DNA from: Balanoglossus misakiensis
Taxonomy: Eukaryota > Animalia > Hemichordata
Direction of reading: 5' to 3'
DNA length: 64,000 bases
NCBI GenBank assembly: GCA_040954595.2
Contig: CM082587.2
Coordinates: 12,054,153 to 12,118,152, forward strand
Shown here: positions 38,303-51,596 of the stretch, one piece after another
Position numbering within the stretch: the first letter of the stretch is position 1
Layout: each line of letters begins with the position of its first letter
Program-made: the position numbers and the translations under genes
Notes under the pieces: model-generated
The model's input: the letters and a program-made list of their open reading frames with translations, nothing else
What the model was told of the DNA's origin: nothing
Database searches by the model: none

Positions 38303-38559
38303 ATCATGGCAAGTTGATCATGTCAAAACAAACGACGATGTTAGATAGCAGTGCTTCGCAAGTTTGACTAATTTGTATGAAAATCGTCTCGCCAAACTTT
38401 TTTCTCGCGGGTAGCAAAAACACTGCTGGCTAATCCGTTCCGATTTCTGCCCCTGTTCCAATTCTTCCGCAACACCTCAAAGCTACACACCACCGCCAAA
38501 AACACCCCTACTAGAAAATGGTATGAATTCTTGACGGATGGAAGTAGTTTGACAGACGG

Positions 38560-38719
38560 CGAAAGATGCAGTGCGCAACTGAAACTGCTGCATCAGAGTT
38601 CTTGTGCTCCAACTGCAGGAAGGATTGTCATTCCCGTATTGGTCTGACAAGCCACTCACGAAGCTGTTTTAAATCATAGTGCATCATGCCATAGTCTCTC
38701 GAGACTGAAAGTTGCCTAC
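38560..38719 (+). mobile_element. RTE-clade LINE 3' end fragment, absent from copy B
   Basis: FLCSNCRKDCHSRIGLTSHSRSCF* C-terminal Zn finger plus a short 3' UTR. Copy B reads GACAGACGG|TAGTAGCTC. Confidence 0.75.
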
Positions 38720-39043
38720 TAGTAGCTCATACCCAACTTGACAGACTCCCCTGTTTACACTTCGGAGCCAAAAAATGAGTTTGTTGTCTCGTGCATGATA
38801 TTTTTGGCTTTCAAACACTACCTTGTTAAATGTAATGTGGTTACTACATTGTTTGTTTATCAGTATACAGTACTGGTACAGATAAACATATGTAATGACC
38901 AAGTTATAATATGCCAGATGATATTTATTAAGTTTCACACAATTTTGCTCTCTTCGTATATTTTCAAATGTGTACTCAAAGAAAACTGTAATTCACATGT
39001 ATTCATTCTAACACATTTTATGATATTTGTGTTTTCCCCGCAG

Positions 39044-39155
39044 ATGACAATGAGTGCGATCAAGCTGGTTGGTCACCATGCCAACAAGTAGATTGCAACA
39101 CACCAACCAGTTACCAGAGTGTGGTTGCAGACCAGGATTCAACATACATGCGTTT
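39044..39155 (+). pseudogene. Calcium-binding EGF exon 4, degenerate
   Basis: DDNECDQAGWSPCQQVDCNTPTSYQ, a frameshift, then CGCRPGF. Confidence 0.7.
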
Positions 39156-39309
39156 GTGAGTATCTACAATTTGGAGAGAAAGTAAGATGTATGGGTTTGT
39201 ACTTAGTGTCTTATACATGTATATGTGACACTGAAATCATATATTGTACAATCAGTCATTGGTAAATGTCTGCTATTCATGACACAGATCAACATACAGT
39301 CAAACCTGT

Positions 39310-40340
39310 TAGTGTGGTATGATGTGTATTCCCGTAGGATTTTTGTGCTAAAATAGATTTTTTTGCTGTTTTGGCTTCTATTGGGACCCAACTACCCGAA
39401 AATGATGGGGTGCAATTTTAAGGGCCCCTCCATCATATTTTTCTGGGGGGGGTACTTCCATTTTGTGGTATGATGTATATTCCCGTAGGATTTTTGTGCT
39501 AAAATTGTTTTTTGTTTTGCTGTTTGGCTTCAATGGAGACCCAACTACCCAAAAATCATGGGGTGCAATTTTTAGGGCCCCTCCATCAATTTTTTTCGGG
39601 GGGTCTCTTCTGTTGTGGTCACTCGAGGATATTTGTTCACCTATTTACTCTATCATCATGGGAATTTGGGCTACAATGAATTTATTTTTGTGGTTTTTGC
39701 CTTGGAGGGGACCCACCTGGCCAAAAATAATTGGGTGCAAATTATAGGGCCCCTCCATCATTTTTTATTTGGGGGAGGGGCCACTTCCATTTTGGCCACT
39801 CCGAAGTTGTTTGTTGGCCTATTTACTCTATTATCATGGGAATTTGGGCTACAATTAATTTGTTTTTGTTGTTTTTGCTTTGGAGGGGACCCACCTGGCC
39901 AAAAATAATAGGGTGCAAATTATAGGCCCCCCATCATTTTTTATTGGGGGGGGGGCACTTCCATTTTGGCCACTCCGAAGTTGTTTGTTGGCCGATTTAC
40001 TCCCTTCTCATACAATATTTTGCTAAAAATATTATTTTTCTTTGATGTTTTGGTTTCAATGGGGCTCCACCAGAACTAAAATGATGGGATTCAAATTTTT
40101 GGAACCTTCCATCATGTCTTGGGGGGGGGGGGTAATCATTTTTGTTTTAGCCACCCTGAAGATACTTGTTCACCTATTTACTATACGGTTAGTATTGTCG
40201 TGGTATTTCTTGCAATTAGGTTTGCTCCTTTGGCTTGAATGCAGACTGACTGCCGAAAAGTGATGGTGTGCAAAATGTTGGACCCCTTTACCACATTTGT
40301 TTTTTTTGGGGGGGGAGGGGGGGGGGGTTCCTTATATTTG
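39310..40340. repeat. Degenerate G-run tandem repeats (~150-180-bp units)
   Basis: Repeated blocks at ~39,312/39,464 and ~39,641/39,819. Confidence 0.6.
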
Positions 40341-40636
40341 TTTTCGCCAACCCGTTGTAACAGTTGTTTTTTAATTGTAGATTTTTTCGTTTATTCTAAA
40401 TTTAGTATACTAAGGTAAATTAAAACTCCTTTATTAGCCTGATCGCATCACCCTGTCACACTTGGCAATGGGTTACTGTTTCAAAGTCTCAGTTTTGTCC
40501 TTTGACTCACTGGCTTTTATTAGAGGTTCCTACCTTTAAATGTTTCGTAAAATGTTTAACCAAATCTGTCTACAATCGGAGTAGACATTGTTTACATACA
40601 CCTGTTGTTAAATAATTGTACTGTGTTGTATTTCAG

Positions 40637-42501
40637 ATTTTTGTCAGGAGCAGGTGAGAAATACAGTATGATTTCAGAAGGTCTAAGTACTGCAGTGCAG
40701 TTATTTGACGATATGAAGAGTTTACGATATTCAAGGTAATTATGGTAAAATTCTGAGGTTAAAGATCATTCTCTAGTTATAGCCCCCACTTTTTGAGGTG
40801 GTTTATCTGTATGTAAAGCTCACCATGTCAACCAGGAAATGATTCCATACCGACAGTAAAGTACAACTCACATGTGAAGTACATTGAAACCTGCCTAGTA
40901 AGGGCACCTCTGGGATCACACAACATGTCCTTAAAGGGATACAGGCTCTCTCTCCCGATCGCTGCCCCTTATTCCATTAATTATATTTGATACAAGACAC
41001 TATTTATGTTATTCTACATGTGGATATATAGTGAATCAATATTCAACCACACACAAAGTATATTTATTTATTTATTTATTCTTTAATTCAGGCCGTATGC
41101 CCATACTGTAAAAAAAACATACAAAACAAACCCAGAAACAACGCCATAAAAGAAAGACACAAAAGAAAAAAAAATCCCAAAAACTTAATGAAGAACAACC
41201 CTGCAATGCCCCCAGAAAGTAGATAAAAAGTAACATATATACTGCTTGTGGACATGAGTGAAAAAACTCGCCAAAATGAATAATCAGTCTCTACCATTTA
41301 TTCGTTTTGGGTGAGTTTTTACTCCCATATCATACACGCGGGATGGAAGTTGTGTATGGTTGAACGTTTATTTACTACATATACACATGTACATTAACAT
41401 AAACAGTGTCTTGTATCAAACATTATTAATGGAAAAAAGGGCAGCGAGAGAGAGACTTTGTCCCTTTAATACAGAGGTGTCCTTAATAGAAATGTGCATG
41501 TAATATTCTATTCAAGCCATTACTTTTGTCTTGAACAATCTATCCTTAAAGGGAAAATCCGGTCCAGGTAATTTCTACATAATTTGGTAGCTTTGAGGTC
41601 ACTCTTTCAGAAAAAAAAATATTTGTCATGTATAAGTCATCATATTTTTTTACAAAATCGAGGGAAAGTTGGCAGAATTTCTAATATGGCGTTTACTGTA
41701 ATTTGAATCATGGGAAAAAAAAGCACCAGGACCAACTTCCACCCACCTTGGTGTGGGTGATACAATTTTCCAATGGGTGTAACTGCGTGACTGCTTGGGT
41801 ATCTGTTGCTAAGCAAATATTTGAAATCATACAATCCAGATTCTAAAGTTCAAAGGACAAATATACAACTTGTTTACATGGCCATTGACAACCAATTCAT
41901 CATTTTGTGGTGATGTAGAACACCTTTTTTGTGGTTGTTAAAATTTTCATTACCCTAAATCGGTACTTCCGTAAAATGGTTGTAATATTTTTATTTACCA
42001 CAGTCATATATCATAGTCAAAGAAAATGCCTTTTTAAAAGGTTTTATGCAAAGTTTCAATATACTGGCATAATATAATAGCATTAAAACACCCCCAGCCA
42101 TGGTATACCACGAGATTTTGACCAGTTCAACTCCATATACGCACTCGCTATCGCTCTTGCGTATATGTTGTGAACTGGTCAAAATCTCGTGGTACACCAT
42201 GGCTAGGGATGTTTTATTGCTTAATTTTAGCATCGCTGGATTGAGCTCTCGTCCAATCAGAATTGTGGACGGTAGCATGATATAATATAATACAGAATTA
42301 TTTACAGTTATGATTTGTATGTGTTATTACAGGCTAATACCAGTACTTCACTACCGATGGATCTGGACATACCAGTGCCCTCTACAGCTCAAGTGCATCA
42401 AGTTGACTCACCAGCAGCAAGTTGATCCACAACAACAAAAACAACAACAACAACAACAGCAGAAAAGTGTTGTTTGGCACGGAGCCTTGGAATGGCAAGA
42501 G
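40637..42501 (+). pseudogene. MED25: MED25 exons in copy B (40,637-40,735 and 42,333-42,501)
   Basis: Near-identical to 12,367-12,465 and 18,347-18,515. The intervening exons are deleted. Confidence 0.8.
41064..41235 (-). mobile_element. Short retroposed 3' end with a (TAAA)n tail, copy B only
   Basis: (TTTA)n at the left end and TATAT on both sides. Copy A has a single TATAT at ~12,789. Confidence 0.65.
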
Positions 42502-45030
42502 GTGTGTACAGCTCACATACAAATAACTAATTAAAACAATTGACTGTAGGTCAATGGGGTTATTGTGGTTGGATCATGTTGGATAGTGAGCATTTTTTAG
42601 GGTGCTTCCAGATGTATCTTTGGAGGGTACACATTACACAAATTATGAGCTTGGCTGAACAACGTGTGGTAGTACCCATCAAGGAAATACACAGATTGGT
42701 CTTTCATCCAGAGGCACACAGTGTACATGCAATGCAATCATTTCCCTTTGTATGTCTTAACAAAGCAACCTTATACGACAGGAGCAGATTTAGATAAAAA
42801 ATTTCATCTGGGTGATAAACTATATAAGTCCACTGTTACTTGGGATTTGAAACTCAATGATAATTTTGTTAGTGACATTCTCATGTTGGATGACCTACAA
42901 CACTTTGTATTCATTAATTCATTGCATAAGTAGAGGTGAAATATTTAAATAATAACACATGTTAGCGAGGGCAATATCATGATCTTTTGCCTGCACAAGG
43001 GATGGTGATTGGAGTCAATTTTTTTCCCCACAGCAATCACTTGGTGCCATGTTTCAAAACTCACGCACTGTGGAGTTCCAGTTTGTGAATAATAGCCAGG
43101 AAGCATACATATCTCTCTTCAGAATAATGTCTGGAGGATTTGTAAGTATTATCTTATAATTGCACTGTAAAATTAAAGGATCATGTCAATTGTACTGCCA
43201 TGCACCTGCAACTGACACTTTACATATTAAAGGCCATTTTCTCAATCTCAGGGCAGAACAATGAAGACAAATAAGAAATCCTTTGTGTTAGCACGCAACT
43301 GTTGAGCAGGGCCTTTAAAGGGTCACTGTGTCTGCAATTTCTATTTTTAGCATTTTGTTCTGTATATCAACTGCACTTTCAAGTACAGTCAAACCCGTCT
43401 AACACCAAAGGGACTGAAGAAATTGTTTGGATTGCAGGTGTCCAATTTAAAGAGGTTCAACATGTGGTTGTAGATACTCACCAACACATGTGTGTAATTA
43501 GTGAGTGGTTGCATGACATCAATGCATGACAAAAGGTCATCACTATGTAAGACTCAGAAATAGAATTTGAATACAAATCTTATTAAACAAAAACAAACTC
43601 TAAAATTTACATGTTATTTTAACACCTGTTTACTCCTATAAAAGTGATTGCATGTGTTTGTGAGTTCTCTTCAATCCAGAAGCCATTTTGTAGGCCTTAG
43701 TTGGTGCATGCAGTTCCTAGACTTAGAAATAAAGTTTGGTTGAACTCAAACGCCTCAAGTCCAGTTGACCATCTCACACTTCTGGCACTGGTGGGATTCA
43801 AACCAACTCCATCAAAATGACTGCAGGTGCCTAAAACCGCTTGACTGTAGGACATAAATGCCTGACAGTGATATAACTATATTATAATGTTACATCGACA
43901 ATATATAAGTTTGGGGATATTTTGTCTCAAATGATCAAATTGAGACAAATTATCCCCATCTTGTTATAAATCTGAGCCCAGGTGTCTTTGGTGTGAGATT
44001 CCAGTAGTCAAGAGTAGGCTTATCTTGAATAATGTAATGCTTGTAAATAATTTCTAATTTCTTCTTACCTTCCAGATATGAATGAATGTCACAGTGGTGG
44101 AAATGCATGTCAACACTGTTGTCAGAATACCCATGGTAGTTATCTCTGCGCTTGCAGACCAGGATTCTATCTGCTGGAAGATGGCCATGCATGTGGCGGT
44201 ATGTAACTGTGGATTTTGGTCTCTTCTGTGGCTACATTATTTGGGGATTGTATATTGCTATGGTTACAATCAGCTAAACATTGGTCTCTTCTGTGGCTAC
44301 ATTGTTTGGGGATTGTATATTGCTATGGTTACAATCAGCTAAACATTGGTCTCTTCTGTGGCTACACTGTTTTTGGGGATTGCATATTGCTATGGTTACA
44401 ATCAGCTAAACACACATCCTGTCTATCCATTGCACACATTTTAAAATTTGAAATCAACCGCACACTCGTACTGAACACATGTTTGTTGAAATTGTATCTT
44501 AGAATTGTTCCAATTATAATTATGCATAATATAAACAAATTAACAAATGTGAAAACTTATCTTTGAAAATGTGTTTGCAAGGGTGAAAAAGTAATCTGTA
44601 TTTTAAAAATCAGACAAAGTTTTGCTGACAGGGTACACAAGTTTCAGGGGATTTTGGAGAGAGTGTCACAATTCCTAGGAAGAGATTGCCATGGATATTG
44701 AGGACTTTGGTGTAAACACAATTAATTGATCAAGAAATATGTGGTTAAGAATATGTGTCATCAACCTCACACGACACTATAAGACTGTCTGATATATTCA
44801 TGTACAAGTATTTTCACTACTTATTTGCATAATTCATTGAAATTAACATAAATTATCAACCTATAGCTAAGTAAATTACCTCTGCAAATGAATAAATATA
44901 CACTTAGAAAATTCATATAGTTTTCATCAAATTTTAAAGACATTACAAAATGCTTCTCTGAGGGTACAGTAATTTTTAACGGGTATATTCTTGATAACTC
45001 ATCACCGTGAATGATCATTTCAAAACTTAA

Positions 45031-45825
45031 GATGGGACCCCTTATCTTTTTGCCCATTGCTATGGGCCTTTACAGGACATTACACTCAATTTTGATCGAA
45101 ACCGTTATAAACGTCCGACAAGGGGCTTGTAACCAGTTAAAAATACGCACGATAGTGTGCACACACTCTGTCCGAGTATGGTTACGGCAGCTACCGCCCG
45201 GCCATAGGCCGCCACGCTAATACGGCAAAGCAGCGGTCAGCGATAGCGTGCGCGTCCCGTAACCACAGTAACTGGATCGAACGCTAAAAATCCAATGTTT
45301 TGTACACAGAGATTTTGCACCGTTCACAAAAATCCCTAAGCCTTTTTTCACAGGCGACGTAGGCCAGCCAAATTTGACCTGCTTGTTGAGAACGTACTTC
45401 CGCACAGTGTGACAGATCGTTTTTTCAGTTTTCATCGTGCTAAGAAGCGATACCGGTGGAATAGTGCGTCCAAAAACACCCAAAATCGATGACTTTTTCA
45501 GGTGTGGTACGGGTATGCTGAAATCGTAGGATACAACGATAATATTCGAAAACAAAATCCGTCACGATCTTCCCTGGTTCGAGCAACTAATGAATACGTA
45601 TCAAGTTCGTTTTTTAGGTCACGGAATAAAAAGCCTTAGGCTTTTTGAAATTTGACCTAGCTAAATTGCATATCAATGGCGTCAGGGGGCGCGCGCTCAC
45701 AATCGTGCAGATTTTCAACTTGTTGCCAGCCCCTTGTTAGACTCTGAAAACGGCTTAGTCCAAATCGGGGTGTAATGTCCTATATAGGCCCATAGCAACG
45801 GGCAAAAAGATACGGGGGACCCATC
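45031..45825. mobile_element. Kolobok-like non-autonomous element, copy B only
   Basis: ~55-bp imperfect TIRs GATGGGACCCC.../...GGGGACCCATC with a TTAA TSD. Empty site AACTTAACAAGG at ~20,941. Confidence 0.85.
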
Positions 45826-46296
45826 TTAACAAGGCATATGGCTAAAGAGGATTCAGTGTTTGTGCACCTTCTATCCACAATGCTGGATCTATTGACAGTT
45901 TTCAAAGGGGTTTTTAAGACTCGTCCTTTTATTCAGCACTATTTCATTCCATTGCTTTTTTGGTTTATAGGGATTGTCTTTCAGAACTGTTTCTGTTTGT
46001 TTGGGGTTTTTAAGTGTAATTTTTATCCTTTAAGCTTTCACTTGTTTTCTAATTTTATTATTTTCTGTAGAAAATGCACTGAGATGGATGTGTATTACAT
46101 TTGTTAGGAAATAAATAATAATAAATTTATTAATAATAACTATCTTTGATTTCAGATGTCAATGAATATATGGAGAGAGCAGATCTTTGTGGAGGCCAGT
46201 GTGTGAATACAGCAGGCTCTTTTTATTGCACTTGTGCTGTGGAATATTGATTGGTCAATGGAGAGTGTACAGGTAAGATCAACACAATATAGAAAT

Positions 46297-49065
46297 TAAA
46301 GCTGCAAGCAGCATTGGGGGGGCACAAGCGGTTCCCATGGTGACCAGCAAATGCCACGGCTGTATCTGCTGGGGATACCAAGATATGGGAAAGTAGGTCA
46401 AATGTCACCTGAGGTCACCCCAAATTTGGGCAAAAAAATTGGACCCCAAACTAGTCTAGATCCAACAAAAAACCAGACCCCTAGCCCTATTGGTTCGCCT
46501 GCAATTAGGTATGCACATAATTAATGAGGTCTTGTGTAAGACTCCATTCTGTGCTCAATACCCATAAAAGCCAGGGCTCTAACTGCTCTGGATGCTGAGA
46601 TATGGGAAAGTAGATCAAAGGTCATCCAAGGTCACCCAAAATTTGGGCATAAAATTTTGACCCCAGAGTGGGCCATGTCCAACTAAAACCAGACCTCTAG
46701 CCCTATTGGTTAGCCTAGAATTAGATATGCAGAAAAATGATGTTTCAGAAATAGGTCAAGGGTCATTGCCAAAATTACCAAAATATTTGTGTCATGTCCT
46801 GGCAGCATTGGTACCCATGTCCACAAAATTCATGACTGTGGTGCTTTGACAAGAGGAGGTATGGGGAATATGCATATATAATTAGTTGTTTTAAAACTGG
46901 GTCAAAGGTCATGTGAAAATTGCCCTGAAAAATTGTGACAACTTCCGGTCATATGATGACTCATATCCAAAAAAAGAATTTCCATGCTGTCAACATTTTG
47001 GCTACAAAACGGAATTATCACTTTTCAATGGTTTTCCGAAAATCCAACATGGCCGCCATAATGATTGACCAATCACAGTGCGCTTCGCAAACTTGATAGA
47101 CATAGGTAAGGTGACCACATATCCCAAATCCCGAGACTCGGTAACCGCTGGTTCTGGAGAAGAAGATTTTTAAAGTTTTAAGTAGTTTTTCAGAAAAACA
47201 ATTGTAGCAAAAAAACTTTATGTATGACGTCATGATTTCAATGGGGTAAAATGATGGACAGAAGGTAGGCTACCTGCACACCAAATTTGAACTCGATCAG
47301 CCCAGTGGTTTTTGAGAAGGACTCATTTAACGATTTGCAGGAAATCCAATATGGCCGCCAGGTCACGTGACTAATTAAATATTCACGGGCCACTGCACGT
47401 CTACTCATTGGCCCCTACCACCCTACCAAGTTTCGGCCCCCTAGGTGCTGCCGTTTTCCAGATTTACAATGACATATTTCTCGGAAGAAGAAGAATAATA
47501 ATAATAATTAAAGCTGCAAGCAGCATTGTCCGGGCCCAAGCTCTATTATCTGATCTGATATTAGATATGCACATAATTAATGAGTAGAAACATAATGCTC
47601 TGTTTTATCCCATGAAATATCAAGGTTATATCTATGTTTGGTGTTGATATAGTGTAAAGTAGGTCAAAGGTCTCCCAGGGGTCACCCACAATTTGGGCAG
47701 AAAATTTTGACCCATAGTGGTCCATGTCCAACAAAAACCAGACCTCTAGCCCTTTTGGTTAGCCTGGAATTAGGTATGCACATAAATAATGAGTTAAGCA
47801 GGTGTCACAGGTGACCCAAAACTTTGGCTTTTCATTATGGCCCCATACCTCCAAACGCCAAGGCTGTATCTGCTGTGGATGTCGAGATATGCAAAAGTAG
47901 GTCAAAGGTCACCCAAGGTCACCCAACATTTGGGCAAAATATTTTGACCCCATACTGGTTCATGTATAACAAAAACAAAACCTCAAGGTCTATTGGTTCA
48001 TCATTAATTAGGTATGTGCATATTTAATGAGGTCAGCAGAGGTCAAAGGGGTCATGAGAAGTAGCAAAATTTTTTGATCACATACAAATCCACATACATC
48101 AAAAACCAAACTTATAGCCCTATTGGTTAGCCTGGAATTAGATATGCAGAAAAATGATGCGTCAAAAGTAGGTCAAAGGTCATTGCCAAAATTACCAAAA
48201 TATTTATAGCTTATTCTTGTCATATGATGATTCATATCCATAAAAAGAATTTCTGTGCTATCAATTATTAGGCTAGAAAGGGAATTTTTACTTTTTATTC
48301 GTTTTTCACAAAATCCAATATGGCCGCCATAATCTTCGACCAATCACATTCATCTTTGCAAACTTGATAGACATCTGTTTAATGACCACACACACCAAAT
48401 CTTGTGACTCGGTTATCGCCGGTTCTTGAGTAGACGATTTTTCAAATTTTACTAGGGTTTTTCGAAAATCCAATATGGCCGCCATAATCTTGGACCAATC
48501 ACTATGATCTTCGCAAACTTGATAGACATCAGTTAGGTGACCACATACCCCAAACCCCGTGTCTCGGTTATCACCGGTTCTGGAGAAGAAGATTTTTGAA
48601 ATTTAGGCCAGATTTCAGAAAAAAAATTGTAGCAAAAAAACGGCAACTTTGTCAGCATAATTTCCAATTACAAAAATGATGGGCAGAAGGTAGTCTACCA
48701 GCATGCCAAATTTGAAGTCGATCTGACTTGTAGTTTCTGAGATCTGAGATTTGCATTTTTTCAGAAAATCCAAGATGGCCACCATGTCACGTGACTAATT
48801 AAGTATTCACAAGTCACTGCACATCTACTCATTGACCTTGACCACTGTAGCAAGTTTGAGAACTGTACCTGCAGCGGTGTTTGAGATCTAGAGCGATAAA
48901 GAATGGAACCAAGAATAAAGAAAGAAAGAAAGAAAGAAAGACAGAAAAACCCCAGCGAAACCAATACGGGCCCAAGCCTGGCTTGGCTTGGGCCCGTAAT
49001 AATAAGAAAAATTCCAACAATAACAATGGGGGCACAAGCCGCCTGAGGGCGCTTGTGCCCCCAAT
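46297..49065 (+). mobile_element. Nested Helentron-like elements (inner element 47,509-49,000), copy B only
   Basis: Both start TAAAGCTGCAAGCAGCATTG and each ends in its own hairpin. Empty site AGAAAT|AATGC at ~21,420. Confidence 0.75.
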
Positions 49066-51596
49066 AATGCACAACGCCCTGACCATTAACGTTTGTTTTT
49101 GGGCAAGGTCGAGGGGAAAGCCCAAAATTCATGGGCAAGGCTTCTGAGCCCATGAAATTTGGCTTTCCTAGAGCCCGAGCCCTACATTTATTTCCATTAC
49201 ATTACCAACAATCTCAAGAAAACCATCAATATTTATGAAAATGTCCCACACACAAGACTAGGGGCCCCAGAACTTGTGTTATGCAAAATGTTGTGTTCAC
49301 TGAACTATTTGCTAATATTACTATTCAGATTTACGGGCATGTAAACAAACCATTACTGGGTATTTGTGGTCAGTGATGTCGTTCATCTTGACCAATTAAA
49401 ATGCAACGCACAGACCATGGTAATATAATATATGGGCAACGAAAGGTCCTATATCTGTAACTTTTGAATTTTTATTCAGTATTATGCTGGTTATCAACCA
49501 TCATTTCTTGTTCAGCTCGGTGAAGCAGGGTAAGCAATGTTGTTATTGTTTAAAAATTGTATTCAAGCCTGGGTCTGGACTTGGATGCAATTTGTCAATA
49601 ATAACAGTGATTGGTAACTGCATGTTTTCATAACTGGCTATCTGTTAAAGAGACCATTTGCTGTGTGTACAGTACACATGCCATTGGCAGCTTATGGGTC
49701 AGCCAGTGTTTGCCTGTTAATCTCTCGTTGTGCATGTGTGTCTGTACAGTCAGATCGCATGGTACTCATTAACATATGTTAATGAGGGAAAGTACTTCAT
49801 ACCATGTAGCCGTTACCGTGGGCCCCGCTGAAGGGTCGCGAAATAGGCCATTTTTTTACGCGACATTATAGAGCTGATTTCAGGCGAGGAGGACTGTGTA
49901 CAAAATTGAGTATAGACAACTCAGGTTTTAAAGGATTTTCATCATTTCCACTGTGTCAACATCACTACATCCTTGCTGTGAGAAAAAGCCATCCCTTGTG
50001 TACTTCGTGCTTATCACGGGCAAACAATTTGTTTAAAATCCCTGATTTTGATATGGTGCAAACAATTCACCAACAAACTAACACACCATTTGCCCTTACT
50101 CAAGACAGCCTGATTTGTTTGAAATGTTATAAACATTTGTTGCTTTAGCGGAAAAAGCAACGTGTAGTATTCAACAAGGCCTAATTATGTCGAGTGATAT
50201 AGCACTTGCTGAAGAAATTAAAAAATATGTCACAATGCTACAAAAAGGCTGCAGCTGTGACACCGACTTGGTGAATTTTGCATGCTGGAAAACTGTTGTC
50301 TTTTTAGGAGAAGTGCTCCTCAGAAAACACGCCATTCTATTGTTTGACATCAGGCAATATTTCAATGATTGTTTAGACGATGAATATCAGACTTTGCGAC
50401 CCAAGGTCAAGGTACAACCAGTGGAATTCCACAGAAAACCTAATAGCTGGCTTATTCGGGAATTTCTATGTGTGTATTATCCAATTCACCTTTCTGTTGT
50501 ATCAAAAGTGAGTAGAAAGTTCTCCACCTTTTTGTACCGAACGGGTTCAGATCTCACTATTGCCCTCCAAAATGCACTTGTCGAACATCCCCAGTATGTT
50601 GTGCAAGCTGAGAAACAGATAGAGAGGCTTGAAAAGCAAGTATGAGACTTGAGTAAAGTTGACGTTGACTTTTTCAAAATGCTTGATTTGGTGGCTGTGA
50701 AATTAAATGTCAGCATTTATCAGCAATCTTAAAAATTCAGTAATTACTGCAAAACAAACACTGTTGATCTGAGTACACTTGATGTTGAATATATTGTCAG
50801 TGAGATTGACCCTGTGTTATGGAATACTATTTTTATATATAATCCCATGATATTTTTCTTTGTTTGACGTCATCGTATACGAGTGTTTTCGCAGAGCCGT
50901 GCAACTTCGAGCCGTAGGCAAGAAGTTGCTAGACTCCGCGAAAACCACGAGTATACGATGACGTTAAATAAAGAAAAATATCATGGGATTATATATTTAT
51001 CACATGAACAGTCTTCTTATTTTTCGTTAGAAGAGGTAGGATACAATATTCCAATATCCTGCTAAAATATTCGAGCGGCCTTGTAGTTTATTTAGCGGGA
51101 TTACGTTCTTTCCCCTGCGCAACGATCTGTGGCCCCAACGAGATATGCTAATTATGGAATCACTTTCATTCATAAAGTGAAATCGACTTTCAAGTTTTTA
51201 CACTTTTGCGTCTTGTCTACCAATCAGATTCGCGGAGTCAGTCACATGGGCCAGAATTTTGATACATTCTGCCTGTCAATCATTGTCTCGCGCTGTGTAC
51301 ATGTCAACACAACATCTTAGCAATTAATCACGTCGAGTTGCCTGCAAAGTTATGCTGCAAGTCGCAGTTTGACAGAAAAAATGACGCACTTCACTGTAAA
51401 ATTTATGAAAAAATAAACACAGTTCCATTGCCATATATCCTAAAACCGTTATTGTGACAGGATATTAAAAATATTAGTCCAGGAACGATGTTCAAGGTTC
51501 AAGGTTGCGTTTGCGTCGGCCTGGCTAGTCAGCGCAGTTGTGCTTCCGCGGAAATACAACCGTCGTACAGAATCTCAGCCTTGGACCCCAGACAAA

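Larger units (their letters stand above)
11901..38905 (+). repeat. Segmental duplication, copy A (the part alignable within the window)
   Basis: Starts at CCTGATCGCATCACCCTGTCACACTTGGC and is colinear with 40,438-64,000 apart from discrete indels. Confidence 0.9.

Noticed and set aside
19256-39155. Named fibrillin/fibulin/SCUBE-type gene
   Set aside because: Four generic cbEGF exons, two of them broken, cannot identify the parent gene.
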